DNA from: an uncultured Gemmatimonadales bacterium
GTDB lineage: Bacteria; Actinomycetota; Acidimicrobiia; Spongiisociales; UBA5794
Reading direction: 5' to 3'
Assembly (NCBI GenBank): GCA_964195945.1
Contig: CAXMRC010000090.1
Span: 20,195 to 84,194, forward strand
Length of the DNA stretch: 64,000 bases
Shown: piece by piece, positions 41,381-51,711 of the stretch
How positions within the stretch are numbered: position 1 is the stretch's first letter
How the letters are laid out: the number at the start of each line of letters is the position of its first letter
Notes under the pieces: generated by a model
Databases searched by the model: none
The model's input: the letters and a program-made list of their open reading frames with translations, nothing else
Told to the model about the DNA's origin: nothing
Translations under genes and position numbers: made by a program

Positions 41381-43042
41381 TCAGTCGACATCGACAGGCT
41401 GCTCGACCTTTGCGAACAAGGGAACGGCCGGCTGCAGCATCGTCCCCACCGCAACCTCCTGCCGGCTCCACGCGGGCTGCCGAACAGAGGTGTTGAGGCC
41501 AAGCGTCGTCAGGACGGTGGTCGAAGTGGCGGGAAGGAACGGGGCAAAACCGGCGGCTAGCCCGGCAATTGCTTGCAGGGCAATATTGAGGGTCGTCCCG
41601 GTCCTTCCCATGTCCGTCTTCGCTGTCTTCCACGGCTCGAGTTCCGATAGGTACTGGTTGGTTGCCTGGGCGCCGGACAACAAAGTGGAGAGGGCCGCCC
41701 GCAGTCTGACTGACGACAGGTGGTCGCCGGCTTCCTGAAGAGCATCGTCTGCCGCCTGCAGAACCGCAGTATCAGCGGTGGCGAGATCACCAACTGGCGG
41801 AACAATGCCATCAAAGTACCGATGCGTCATCGAAACCACCCGGTTGACGAGATTGCCCCACGTTGCCACGAGTTCTTCGTTGATGCGCCGCACCAGCTCG
41901 GCTTCAGTGATATCGACATCGGACGTCTCCGGCAGGTTCGCTGCCATCGCGTATCGCAAAGCGTCTGGCTCGTATCGCTGCAACGCTTCGCCGATCGTCA
42001 GACCGATACCGCGACTTGCCGAGGCCTTACCGCCTTTGAATGTCACGAACTGGTTCGCCGGTACATCTGTTGGCAAGTGAAGCCCGCCGTACCCCATCAG
42101 TATCGAGGGCCAGATGATGGTGTGGAACGGGATGTTGTCTTTGCCGATGAAGTAATAGTGCTCGGCCTCTTCGTTGTGCCACCACTGTTGCCAGGCATCG
42201 GGTGTTCCCCGCATCGCAGACCACTCCTTGGATGCGGACAGGTAACCGATGACGGCATCGAACCAAACGTAGATCCGCTTGCCCTCTCCCAAGCCTTCGA
42301 TCGGGACCTCCACGCCCCAGTCAATGTCACGAGTGATGGCGCGATCGTGCAATCCCTCCTCGATCCAGCCGAGGGAGAAGTTGAGGACATGCTTGCGCCA
42401 CCCTTCGCGACCTTCCAGCCAGTGGCGAAGCCGCTCCGAGAACTCCGACAGCTTCAGATAGAAGTGATCCGTGGTGCGTTGCTCAGGGGTGGCCCCTGAC
42501 ATTTTCGACCGCGGATCGATTAGGTCGATTGGGTCGAGCGTGCGCCCGCAATTGTCGCACTGGTCGCCGCGGGCTTCTGCGTACCCACAGTGCGGGCACG
42601 TCCCTTCGACGTAGCGATCCGGAAGGAACCGCTCTGCCTCCGGGTCGTAGAACTGTTCCGAGGAGCGTTGCTCTATGTAGCCCTGTTCGTAGAGACGACG
42701 GAACATATCCTGGGTCACTGCGTGGTGGTTCTCCGTGCCCGTAGTGGTGAAGAGATCCCAGTCGAAGCCGAGAGTGCTCCAATTATCGACGAACTCATTG
42801 TGATACCGATCGACGATCTCCTGAGGTGTGACGCCCTCGGTTTCGGCGCGCACGGTAATCGGTGTCCCGTGGACGTCGGATCCGGACACCATGAGCACAT
42901 CGTTACCAAGGGCGCGGTGGTATCGGGCAAAGATGTCCGCCGGCAAATAGGCGCCGGCGAGATGGCCGAGATGCCGTGATCCGCTGGCGTAGGGCCAAGC
43001 GACAGCGACAAGAATCTTGCGAGGGTTCGTTGGTGTTTTCAC
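41381..43042 (-). CDS. metG: Methionine--tRNA ligase
   Basis: AWPYASG..HLGH, GSDVHG, Zn-knuckle CxxC/CxxC, YVWFDA, GKDNIPFH, KASAS. Confidence 0.97.
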   Translation of the reverse strand: MKTPTNPRKILVAVAWPYASGSRHLGHLAGAYLPADIFARYHRALGNDVLMVSGSDVHGTPITVRAETEGVTPQEIVDRYHNEFVDNWSTLGFDWDLFTTTGTENHHAVTQDMFRRLYEQGYIEQRSSEQFYDPEAERFLPDRYVEGTCPHCGYAEARGDQCDNCGRTLDPIDLIDPRSKMSGATPEQRTTDHFYLKLSEFSERLRHWLEGREGWRKHVLNFSLGWIEEGLHDRAITRDIDWGVEVPIEGLGEGKRIYVWFDAVIGYLSASKEWSAMRGTPDAWQQWWHNEEAEHYYFIGKDNIPFHTIIWPSILMGYGGLHLPTDVPANQFVTFKGGKASASRGIGLTIGEALQRYEPDALRYAMAANLPETSDVDITEAELVRRINEELVATWGNLVNRVVSMTHRYFDGIVPPVGDLATADTAVLQAADDALQEAGDHLSSVRLRAALSTLLSGAQATNQYLSELEPWKTAKTDMGRTGTTLNIALQAIAGLAAGFAPFLPATSTTVLTTLGLNTSVRQPAWSRQEVAVGTMLQPAVPLFAKVEQPVDVD

Positions 43043-43264
43043 GGGCGCGGGATGGTACCAGCGAAACAATCGGGACCGCCGAATCCGACAAAGACAGAGA
43101 CTCTGTGCGCGAAGACCCCCACTGGCGGTATGCGAGTACGTATTGAGTACGTTTCTTCCGACACCCGACTTCCTCCCAGATTTACTCATCTGCCTGTACA
43201 ATCGACTCGACAGACGACGGAGGTGTCGGAAAAAGTCCGCCACCGCGAATGGAGGTAAAAGCTC

Positions 43265-43501
43265 TTGAACACCGCAATGGTGCGCAAGATCGACGACCTG
43301 GGCAGGATTGTTGTTCCTGCCGAGACTCGACGACTCTTCAATATCCGCGAGGGGGACGAACTCGCCATTTCGGTGGACGGCGACTCGATAATCATCCGCA
43401 AATTGGACGCAACATGTGTCTTTTGTGGATCGACCGAGGAAGTCAGCGGCTTCAAGGGACGTGGGGTCTGCGCTTCGTGCCGCTCCTCCTTGAACGGCTG
43501 A
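43265..43501 (+). CDS. abrB: AbrB/MazE/SpoVT family regulator with C-terminal Zn ribbon
   Basis: VRKIDDLGRIVVP.E.R, CVFCG...CASC; GGAGG RBS and TTG start. Confidence 0.9.
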   Translation: MNTAMVRKIDDLGRIVVPAETRRLFNIREGDELAISVDGDSIIIRKLDATCVFCGSTEEVSGFKGRGVCASCRSSLNG

Positions 43502-43517
43502 CAGACGCCCAAGGGAC

Positions 43518-44345
43518 TTAGCTCTTGATGCGTAGCACCGCTTCGTAGAGTTCCCTACGGCTTACGCCAGATTCTGATGCAGTACGGCGGACTGCATCGG
43601 CCATGGATTCACCCGACTCGATCGCGCTCTGCGCCTCGGCGGCGACGCGATCGAGATCGGCGGGTTCTTCAGCAGCTCCGCTCACGACCAAAGTGAATTC
43701 GCCGCGTGCCTGTTGAGCTGCCCAGTGGCCGGATGCGGCGCCGAGAGTGCCTCGCCACACCTCCTCGAAGACCTTGGTTAGCTCACGCGTAACCACGACC
43801 TCTCGATCCGACCCGACTTCGTCGGCAAGGTCGGTGAGGTCGCTGGCGACACGAGACTTGGCGGAAAACAGCACAACGGTGCGTCTCTCAGCAGCGATTT
43901 CCCGAATCCGTTGGCTGCGCTCTTTGCCTTTGCGGGGAAGAAAGCCCTCGAACACAAATCTCTCTGCGGGAAGACCGGAAACAGCCAAAGCTGCGGTGAC
44001 CGCACTTGGACCGGGAACGACAGTTACCTCAGCCTCGGCCTGCAAAGCCGCCTGCACTGCACTGAGGCCAGGGTCGGCTATCGACGGCATCCCGGCGTCT
44101 GTGATCAGGGCAATCGTCTCCCCTGCGACAAGACGGGACACCAGTTCTTCTGACCGTCGCGCCTCATTGCCAACGAAATAGGACCGCGCCGCCGTCCGTA
44201 CCCCGAGCGCTCTCAACAGAGTCGCGGCACGACGCGTGTCTTCGGCGTATATGAGATCGGCTTCAGCCAGCGCAATCCGTAGACGCTCGGACGTATCACT
44301 GAGATTGCCAATCGGCGTGCCGCACAGAATGAGTTTCCCTGGCAT
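43518..44345 (-). CDS. rsmI: 16S rRNA (cytidine-1402-2'-O)-methyltransferase
   Basis: GTPIGNL, AEDTR, DAGMPSIADPG, PGPSA, FEGFLP, RELTK. Confidence 0.96.
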   Translation of the reverse strand: MPGKLILCGTPIGNLSDTSERLRIALAEADLIYAEDTRRAATLLRALGVRTAARSYFVGNEARRSEELVSRLVAGETIALITDAGMPSIADPGLSAVQAALQAEAEVTVVPGPSAVTAALAVSGLPAERFVFEGFLPRKGKERSQRIREIAAERRTVVLFSAKSRVASDLTDLADEVGSDREVVVTRELTKVFEEVWRGTLGAASGHWAAQQARGEFTLVVSGAAEEPADLDRVAAEAQSAIESGESMADAVRRTASESGVSRRELYEAVLRIKS

Positions 44346-44680
44346 CTGCATGAGGATAGATGGCCAAAGCCGTCCCGATTGCTGGCAGTGAATTGTCGGT
44401 CGGTTGCTCAAGGACCCACATTGCGCCTGGGATACGAACAAACGAACCTGGATCGAGCCGACGTAACGCAACCACGGTGCCTACCGCGTCGATGCCGACG
44501 AGACTCAACGGTGTCCGCAGGCCCCTGGCGTGAACTGTCGATGTGGGGAGCAGCACAAGATTGTGCCCGGTACGAACGCCCCGCCACCGTTGTGCCCACG
44601 ACACCGCGAGCAAGACCGGGGACGCACTCCAGACTCCATCATTCGAGGCCAGGGTGAGGAGGAGCTGGGATCCTGCTACG
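44296..44680 (-). CDS. DUF192-like hypothetical protein (start unclear)
   Basis: R.RG....STVHARGLRTPLSLVGID...V..L.P....A.WVLE pattern resembles DUF192; no clear canonical start. Confidence 0.45.
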
Positions 44681-44692
44681 CTCTCCTGCCTT

Positions 44693-44776
44693 ATGGCTAA
44701 GGCAAAACGACGCAAGCTACGCGCCCGCCGCAGTAAGGCGAACCACGGGCGACGCCCCAACGCCGGTCGCGGCTAA
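44693..44776 (+). CDS. 50S ribosomal protein bL37 (actinobacterial)
   Basis: MAKAKRRKLRARRSKANHGRRPNAGRG matches the bL37 signature SKANHGKRPN; TACGCT -10 upstream. Confidence 0.88.
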   Translation: MAKAKRRKLRARRSKANHGRRPNAGRG

Positions 44777-44880
44777 CCAGCCGCGCCTTTTCGCTTCATG
44801 TGATTCGGTGTCTTTTTGGCGCGCACGGAACACGTGACCAGAGTACGGGTCGGCGACACTGAAGGTAAGCCCTGTGCGAT

Positions 44881-46263
44881 CTACGGGACACGCATCTGAC
44901 TAGCGGCAGCAATCCCAGCTTCGGCGCTAGTCGAGACTACGAACACGAATCCGTCCCCGATCCGGTCGAGAAAGGCGTAGCGACCGTCCTCGGCAGTAAA
45001 TGAGATCCCACCGGTTTCCCCGACGCCCTCGCCCAGTTCAAGAGACTCGCCCACCAGCGTGATCAGCGCGTCGGCGAGCTCGAAGGCGTCAACCTCGGTA
45101 TCGCCCTTGTAGGCGAGCGCAAAGACGACGTCGTCGCTGTCATAGAGGACCTGATACGAATCGCCGCCCCAGCCATTGGCCGCCTGGGCGGCCACTCCTG
45201 GTGCGCTCGATCCGCTCAGAAGTATCCGGAAACCCCATTCTCCATATGTGGAAGTCTCGTGGGTGTCATATCCGGTCAGTTCGATGGCCAGCGGCTCGAC
45301 CGCCAGCATGCCTTCGCCGCTGGCGAAGCGGGCCGGGTGCATGACCGACTCAGTCGAGACGGGACGATCGACGTATGCCGCATCAACAGCGGCGATGCCC
45401 CCAGCAGACACCAACGACTCCACAAACAGCTGCCCGGTGTCGTAAGGAAATGCGAGGTCATCCTGGATCCATGCGGGAACCGTGTTGATGACCGATGTGG
45501 CGTTCATCTGCGCCAGAGCCTCGGTGGCGACGGCCATCTGTTGTGCCAGAGGTAGCTCTTGGATGTAGACAAGCTGGAAGTAGGTTGCGTCACCTTCGAT
45601 CAACGATTGGAACGCCGCTCCCTCGTCGTAGCGCTCCTCGTCCCACATGGCTTGGTAGTCGTCGTTGAAGATGAAGTGCTGATCGGTTAGAGCATGAACT
45701 AGCTCATGCACCACCACACTGGCGATGAGCGGGGTCAGGGCTGCCGCTTCGCCACCGATGACCATCTCCCCGGTATCACCATCGTAGAACCCGGCTACCT
45801 GCTCGCTGTAGAGATCGATCAACATCGCTTCCAGATCGTCTCCGGGAGCGAGCAAGCCAAGCAGCTGCAACAGACGGGTATCGATGGCCAACTCTTCGCC
45901 GTCGATCTCTTCTTCAAGGTCCCCGCGGACTCTATCGGCGAGCTCCTCCGGAGTGAGAATGGTGACGGTCGGGTTTGTCAGGAATGGCAGGCCGCGCACG
46001 TCTTCGGTGGCTGCGATCAGTTCCAGGATCTGCTCGGTGAGCCGGTCGACGATCTCCGGATCAAGGCTTGCGCTTGCGATCACCGTCGGAGGCGAAGTCG
46101 AGTTGGTGGTCGCCGCCGGCGCGGCAGTTGTCGGCGTGGTCTCCGTGGTGTTGCTGGCGAGGACCGAGGTCTCCGTCGTACTGCCCGAGTCGCAGGCAGC
46201 GGCAACCAACCCGAGGGCCAGCATGGCCGCGACGAAGCGGAGTTGGGTGGTTTTGCCTCTCAT
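44881..46263 (-). CDS. Lipoprotein with zincin-like HEXXH domain
   Basis: Lipobox AAAC, Thr-rich linker, VAGFYD, HELVHALTDQHF, LIEGDA, FPY, GWGGD. Confidence 0.8.
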   Translation of the reverse strand: MRGKTTQLRFVAAMLALGLVAAACDSGSTTETSVLASNTTETTPTTAAPAATTNSTSPPTVIASASLDPEIVDRLTEQILELIAATEDVRGLPFLTNPTVTILTPEELADRVRGDLEEEIDGEELAIDTRLLQLLGLLAPGDDLEAMLIDLYSEQVAGFYDGDTGEMVIGGEAAALTPLIASVVVHELVHALTDQHFIFNDDYQAMWDEERYDEGAAFQSLIEGDATYFQLVYIQELPLAQQMAVATEALAQMNATSVINTVPAWIQDDLAFPYDTGQLFVESLVSAGGIAAVDAAYVDRPVSTESVMHPARFASGEGMLAVEPLAIELTGYDTHETSTYGEWGFRILLSGSSAPGVAAQAANGWGGDSYQVLYDSDDVVFALAYKGDTEVDAFELADALITLVGESLELGEGVGETGGISFTAEDGRYAFLDRIGDGFVFVVSTSAEAGIAAASQMRVP

Positions 46264-46320
46264 CAAGCGATGAGCGTAACCCATTGCAGCGCTTGTGCCG
46301 GGTGATCGTAGACTAATTCC

Positions 46321-47547
46321 ATGGCCGACAACACGACCAACCCGACACCTTGGGGTCCCATCCTTTCGGTTTCGGTGACTGTGATGGTGGCGTTCGGAGT
46401 CATCCTCTACGGTTTCTCTGTCTTCGTTACCGAGGGTGCCGCCGGTGCCGACTTCTCCAAGACCGTCCTCTCGCTCGCATACGGAGGCTCCGTGGTGACA
46501 GGTGGTCTTCTGGCAATACCGATAGGCCAGCGTGCTGATCGCAGCGGAGTGCGTGGGACGCTGGCTCTCGGCGGGATCCTCGCCGCCATCGGGATGTCGA
46601 TCTTCGGAACCGCTACCCAACCATGGCACGTGCTCGTAGCGTGGTGGCTCTTCCTAGGTCCGGCGGGTGCGATGACCTACTACGAAGTTGCCTTCGTCGC
46701 CGTCGATCAATGGTTCACCCCACGGCAACGGCCGCGGGTTCTGGGCACGTTAACTCTGGTCGGAGGCCTGGCCGGAATCATCTTCATCCCTGCCACAGAG
46801 TGGCTTGTCGGTTTGTGGGGATGGCGCCCTACTGCACACATGATGGGGGTGCTGGTCATGGCGACAGCGCTCGGAACGGCAGGGGTAGCGATGCGCGGGC
46901 TGAAACCACCGGTTCATCCGCCGCACCGACCCGAATCGAATCGTGGCCTGGGATCCCGGCTGCTCCGGGACCGCCGATTCGTGATTCACACCGGAGCGAT
47001 GACTCTTACCTTCTTCGCCGCTCAAGGCCTCATCGCACACCGTGTTGCATTGTTCGATGAGTCCGGATTCGATATCGCCACAGTTGCACTGTGGGCCGCG
47101 GCGGCATCGGCGTTGAGCCTTCCGGGGCGATGGCTGGCCCCGGTGCTAGCCGCGCGATTCAACGCTGAAGGTGTTCAGGCCGGAGCCACCCTCGTCCTTG
47201 CCGCCGGCACCATCTTGATGTTTGACGGCACCCAAACCTGGCAGATGATCGGACACTTCACACTATTTGGTGTTGCGTTCGGCGCCGTGCTGCCGCTCCG
47301 GGCGATGACCATGGCCTCTTGGTTCTCCGGGCCACGCTACGGCGTCACCATGGGATCGCAGTGGACAATCACCACAATGGTCGGAGCCTCAGGACCTGTC
47401 ATCGTCGGTCTGCTGCGCGACACAAGCCTTGACTACCGAACAGCGGTATTGACACTCTTCATCGCCTTGTTGGCGAGCACAGTGCTGCTGGTGGCTACAA
47501 CCAGATTGCACTTGGCGCCGGGGACTCCTTTGCGCAAGAACCCATAG
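46321..47547 (+). CDS. MFS transporter
   Basis: About 12 TM segments, GQRADRSGVR motif A; TAGACT -10 (leaderless). Confidence 0.88.
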   Translation: MADNTTNPTPWGPILSVSVTVMVAFGVILYGFSVFVTEGAAGADFSKTVLSLAYGGSVVTGGLLAIPIGQRADRSGVRGTLALGGILAAIGMSIFGTATQPWHVLVAWWLFLGPAGAMTYYEVAFVAVDQWFTPRQRPRVLGTLTLVGGLAGIIFIPATEWLVGLWGWRPTAHMMGVLVMATALGTAGVAMRGLKPPVHPPHRPESNRGLGSRLLRDRRFVIHTGAMTLTFFAAQGLIAHRVALFDESGFDIATVALWAAAASALSLPGRWLAPVLAARFNAEGVQAGATLVLAAGTILMFDGTQTWQMIGHFTLFGVAFGAVLPLRAMTMASWFSGPRYGVTMGSQWTITTMVGASGPVIVGLLRDTSLDYRTAVLTLFIALLASTVLLVATTRLHLAPGTPLRKNP

Positions 47548-47583
47548 TTGTCCGCTGCCTGGTTGGTGCCGTCGTTCGCTGTC

Positions 47584-48918
47584 CTACGATCGCTCGGACC
47601 AGATAGCCCGGTTGACCAGGTTCTCCAGCGCTTCCTGCCTGCCGGAGACCGGCTTGGGATCGATGCCGTCGGCAAGGACTTTGTCACTCAGAGCCTCTAA
47701 CGAAGCATCGTCAGACATGATGTAATTGCCGAGATCGCCCTGCCAGCCGGCGTAACGCTCGGAACGTGCCTTGATGAGCGTTTCCTTCTCAATCATGTCG
47801 ATGGCAACTAGGAACGCCTTGGCGAGAGTGTCGATGCCCCCGATGTGGCCGTGGAACAGGTCGCTGCGGTCGAGACTTTGCCGACGCAGCTTTGTGTCGA
47901 AGTTGAAGCCGCCGCTTTTGAACCCCCCGGCTGCGAAGATCTCGTGCAGCGCAGGGGCAAGTTCCTCTACCGAGTTGGGAAACTGGTCGGTGTCCCAACC
48001 GTTCTGCGGGTCACCCCGGTTGGCGTCGATGCTGCCAAAGATCCCGTTCTCGACGGCATAGGACACCTCGTGGTGGAAGCTGTGGCCGGCAAGCGTGGCG
48101 TGATTGCCCTCGATGTTGACCTGATATTCGTCGACGAGGTCGTAGCGCTCAAGGAAACCGTGCACGGTGGCGCAGTCGTAGTCGTACTGGTGCTTGGTCG
48201 GCTCCTGGGGCTTTGGCTCGAGAAAGAGCTGCCCGGTGAAACCGATCTTGCGCTTGTGCTCGGCGACCAGCGTGAGGAAACGCGCCAGTTGCTCGCCTTC
48301 TTGTTTCATGCTGGTGTTGAGTAGGTTTTCGTAGCCTTCTCTTCCACCCCACAACACGTAGCTTGTGCCGCCCAGGCGGTGGGTCGCCTCAAGGGCGTGA
48401 CGCACCTGGGACGCCGCAAAGGCAAACGCCTCGGGGTTGGGGTTGGTCGCGGCGCCGGCGGCGAATCGGGGATGACTGAAGACGTTGGCCGTGCCCCACA
48501 ACAACTTGACGCCGGTCGTCTCTTGCTTCTCAGCGGCGTAGTCGACCATGGCGTGGAGATTGCTCAAGGTTTCGCCGTAGTCGGCTCCGTCGGGAGCGAT
48601 ATCCCTGTCGTGAAAGCAGTAGTACGGGGTGCCAAGCTTGGAGAAGAACTCAAACGCAGCATCCATCTTCTGGCGAGCGGCGCCCATCGGGTCGGTGACA
48701 TTGCCGATCCAGGGCCGGTCGAAGGTTCCGTCACCAAAGATATCGCTACCGGGCCAGGCAAAGGAGTGCCAGTAGCAAACGGCGATGCGGAGGTGGTCCT
48801 CCATCCTTTTGCCAGCGACGATGCGGTCCGGGTCATAGACACGAAACGCGAGTGGATTTGTTGTATCGGATCCTTCAAAGCGGATCTTCTCGGTCACATC
48901 TGTGAAGAACTCGGCCAT
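47584..48918 (-). CDS. xylA: Xylose isomerase (class II)
   Basis: [49 protein letters not shown]. Confidence 0.97.
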   Translation of the reverse strand: MAEFFTDVTEKIRFEGSDTTNPLAFRVYDPDRIVAGKRMEDHLRIAVCYWHSFAWPGSDIFGDGTFDRPWIGNVTDPMGAARQKMDAAFEFFSKLGTPYYCFHDRDIAPDGADYGETLSNLHAMVDYAAEKQETTGVKLLWGTANVFSHPRFAAGAATNPNPEAFAFAASQVRHALEATHRLGGTSYVLWGGREGYENLLNTSMKQEGEQLARFLTLVAEHKRKIGFTGQLFLEPKPQEPTKHQYDYDCATVHGFLERYDLVDEYQVNIEGNHATLAGHSFHHEVSYAVENGIFGSIDANRGDPQNGWDTDQFPNSVEELAPALHEIFAAGGFKSGGFNFDTKLRRQSLDRSDLFHGHIGGIDTLAKAFLVAIDMIEKETLIKARSERYAGWQGDLGNYIMSDDASLEALSDKVLADGIDPKPVSGRQEALENLVNRAIWSERS

Positions 48919-48980
48919 CGGCTGACACCTTCCCTCGTATCTGGTCTCCATGTCATCATGCCACAGTCGTCCGGACATCT

Positions 48981-48994
48981 TGAAAGCGCCTGCA
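48981..48994. promoter_or_regulatory. Possible LacI-family operator upstream of xylA
   Basis: TGAAAGCGCCTGCA, an imperfect TGNAAGCGCTTNCA palindrome. Confidence 0.3.
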
Positions 48995-49064
48995 GCCGAC
49001 CGGTTTCTTCTCCACGCAACGACTTGAGCTGCGCCACACCTGGCGATGCCTAGCATTGCTCCCG

Positions 49065-49844
49065 ATGGATATCTTCGACACCATTCACGGGCACCGATCG
49101 ATTCGCCAGTACAAATCTGATCCGGTCCCGGCCGAGTTGTTAACGGACATCCTCGAGGCGGGGACACGCGCCTCGTCGTCAGGGAATATGCAGACCTACT
49201 CGATCATCGTCTCGCAGGATCAGGAGATGCGCGAAAAGCTGTACTGGCCGCACATGGAGCAAAGCATGGTGCGTGACGCTCCTGCGGTGCTGACTTTCTG
49301 CGCCGACTTCCGACGTATGCGCAAGTGGCTGCGAATCAATGACGCTCCAGATAATTTCGGCGACTTCTTTGCCTTTTTGGTTGCGGCGATTGATGCAGTA
49401 TTGGTTTCACAGAATGTCGCTCTTGCCGCCGAGGCCAGAGGGCTTGGCATTTGCTACATGGGCTCAACGCTGGCCAACGCCGACCAGGTTGGCGAGATTC
49501 TCGAACTGCCCGAGGGCGTGATGCCGGTTGTGGGTTTCGCACTTGGTTGGCCAGCTGAGGACCCGGCGCCGCGCGATCGCCTCCCGCTGTCTGGCTTGGT
49601 ACATCACGAGACGTACCAGGACCACACCGATGACGAGATCAAAGAGATCTACGGTGATCGGGATCAGGCCGGCTGGGACCGCTACACGAGCATCCCCCGT
49701 CTTCGGGAACTGGTTGAAAAGTACGACGTTGAGAACCTGGCCCAGATCTACACCGTCGTCAAGTACACCCCCGAAGGACAATCTCGGTACAGCAAGACGG
49801 TGCTCGACTACCTACACAAGCAAGGGTTTCTCCCGAAGCGCTGA
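49065..49844 (+). CDS. NfsA/Frp-family nitroreductase
   Basis: [18 protein letters not shown]....[17 protein letters not shown]. Confidence 0.92.
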   Translation: MDIFDTIHGHRSIRQYKSDPVPAELLTDILEAGTRASSSGNMQTYSIIVSQDQEMREKLYWPHMEQSMVRDAPAVLTFCADFRRMRKWLRINDAPDNFGDFFAFLVAAIDAVLVSQNVALAAEARGLGICYMGSTLANADQVGEILELPEGVMPVVGFALGWPAEDPAPRDRLPLSGLVHHETYQDHTDDEIKEIYGDRDQAGWDRYTSIPRLRELVEKYDVENLAQIYTVVKYTPEGQSRYSKTVLDYLHKQGFLPKR

Positions 49845-49850
49845 TTGTGC

Positions 49851-49870
49851 CGTCTGGCGTCAGACGTGAG
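49851..49870. repeat. Degenerate/collapsed copy of the REP-like element
   Basis: cgtctggcgtc-aga-cgtgag, 6 nt after a stop codon. Confidence 0.5.
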
Positions 49871-49879
49871 AAACTCCAC

Positions 49880-50989
49880 CTATTGCGGTGCGACCATCAA
49901 CGGAAGGCTGACCGTCACGGTCGTGCCGCGGCCGAGGGTGCTGTCGATGCTGATCGAGCCCCCGTGAGCCTCGACGAGATCCCGGCTGATGGTGAGACCC
50001 AGGCCAGAGCCGCTCGACGTCGAGCCTTTGCGAAATCGGTCAAAGACGTGACCCAGATCGGCCGGATCGATCCCCACACCGGTGTCGGTGACCGCGATGT
50101 GAATCGACTGCCCGTGCCGATCCGCCGAAACGATGAGGATGCCACCATCCGGCATGGCCCGAACGGCATTGATCACGAGGTTGGCGAGCACCTCGCGGAT
50201 ACGCACCGGATCGACGACGACCTCTCCGATCTCCGCACTGATTCGTGCCGTCACCGTCACACCCGCAGCCGCGGCCGAACGACGGTGAGCGTCCAACACA
50301 TCGCTGATCAGATCCGGCAAGTCCACCGGCTCCGGGTGCAGCGCGAGCGCACCCGATTCGGCGAGGCTCAAGGTGCGGAGGTCCTCGAGCAGCCGCTCCA
50401 TAACGGCGACCTCTTCAAGCAGAAGCTCTAGGTGCTCGGGGTCCGGTTCGTGGACGCCGTCGAGCATTGCCTCGATCTCGCCCTGAACCACGGTGAGCGG
50501 CGTGCGCAGCTCATGACCAAGATCCGCCAGCAACTGTCGCCGCGCCTCGTCGGCCGACTCCAGCCGTTGCGCCATGTCGTTGAACGATCGGGCGACCGGG
50601 CGAATCGCCGCGGACCCGTCGGGTTCGACGCGCACGGTGTAATCGCCGTCTGCCAAAGCACCGGCAGCGCCGATGAGGTCGCGGACCGGCCGCCAGGTGC
50701 GACGAACGTATCGAGCGATCAAGGCCACCGTTGCCAATACCGCAACCGGCGTGCCCACGATGATCACCCAACGGCTCACGGAGGTGGTGCCCACTATGGC
50801 GGTGGCAATGAACGCACCGAAGCCGACCACAAGTAGAAGGAAGAAGATGAAACCGCCAACGAATCGGCGCGCCATCCGGCGGCCGAACTGCTGCCAGGCC
50901 TGGGACCCGTCACGCCGTGCCCACCACTCCGAGCTAGGCGGACCCCACTCGCCACTTCTCCAATCGGGGCGGAATCCGTGTCTACGCAT
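49880..50989 (-). CDS. HAMP sensor histidine kinase (BaeS-like)
   Basis: DLGHELRTPL, NLVINA, DTGVGI, GSGLGL; two closely spaced TM segments. Confidence 0.93.
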   Translation of the reverse strand: MRRHGFRPDWRSGEWGPPSSEWWARRDGSQAWQQFGRRMARRFVGGFIFFLLLVVGFGAFIATAIVGTTSVSRWVIIVGTPVAVLATVALIARYVRRTWRPVRDLIGAAGALADGDYTVRVEPDGSAAIRPVARSFNDMAQRLESADEARRQLLADLGHELRTPLTVVQGEIEAMLDGVHEPDPEHLELLLEEVAVMERLLEDLRTLSLAESGALALHPEPVDLPDLISDVLDAHRRSAAAAGVTVTARISAEIGEVVVDPVRIREVLANLVINAVRAMPDGGILIVSADRHGQSIHIAVTDTGVGIDPADLGHVFDRFRKGSTSSGSGLGLTISRDLVEAHGGSISIDSTLGRGTTVTVSLPLMVAPQ

Positions 50990-51662
50990 CGGAGAACTTG
51001 TATCCGACGCCGTAGACAGTCACGACGAGCGAGGGGCGTTTAGGGTCAGATTCGATCTTGCGGCGCAGGTTCTTGATGTGAGCGTCGACCGAGCGTTCGT
51101 AGGACTCGAACGACACGCCGTGGACGGCGTCGAGCAGTTGAACCCTGGTATAGATACGGCCGGGCTGTCTGGCGAGCACGACAAGAAGGTCGAACTCGCT
51201 GGCGGTCAGTTCCATCTCATCGCCGTTCACCGTGACGCGACGTTTCGGAATGTCAATTTCGACGGGGCCGGCTCGCACGATTTCTCCGCCGCCGAGCATG
51301 GCATCCGCTCGACGCAGGACAGCCCTGATCCGAGCGACGAGCTCCTTGGGGCTGAACGGCTTAGTGACGTAGTCGTCTGCACCAAGTTCGAGGCCGACGA
51401 TCTTGTCGGTCTCTTCACTGCGGGCTGTCAACATGATGATCGGCACCGACGAGGTTGCCCGCAGCTGGCGAGTCACGTCTAGCCCGTCCATGCCCGGCAG
51501 CCCCAGATCGAGCACGATCATGTCGGGCCGTTCGGATCGTGCCAGCATCAACGCCGCCGGCCCGTCCGCGGCCTCGAGGACCTCAAAGCCCGCCTGGCGC
51601 AGATAGTCACGCACCAAGCGGGCAATCTTCATCTCGTCTTCAACGACGAGCACTCGTTTCAT
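50982..51662 (-). CDS. OmpR-family response regulator (BaeR-like)
   Basis: VEDE, LDLGLPG, GADDYVTKPF, VDAHIKNLRRKIE. Confidence 0.95.
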   Translation of the reverse strand: MKRVLVVEDEMKIARLVRDYLRQAGFEVLEAADGPAALMLARSERPDMIVLDLGLPGMDGLDVTRQLRATSSVPIIMLTARSEETDKIVGLELGADDYVTKPFSPKELVARIRAVLRRADAMLGGGEIVRAGPVEIDIPKRRVTVNGDEMELTASEFDLLVVLARQPGRIYTRVQLLDAVHGVSFESYERSVDAHIKNLRRKIESDPKRPSLVVTVYGVGYKFSDA

Positions 51663-51711
51663 CAGACTTCCTTTGGCCGGTCGCCGCTCGCCCTATGGTG
51701 GCAGAGTGCCC

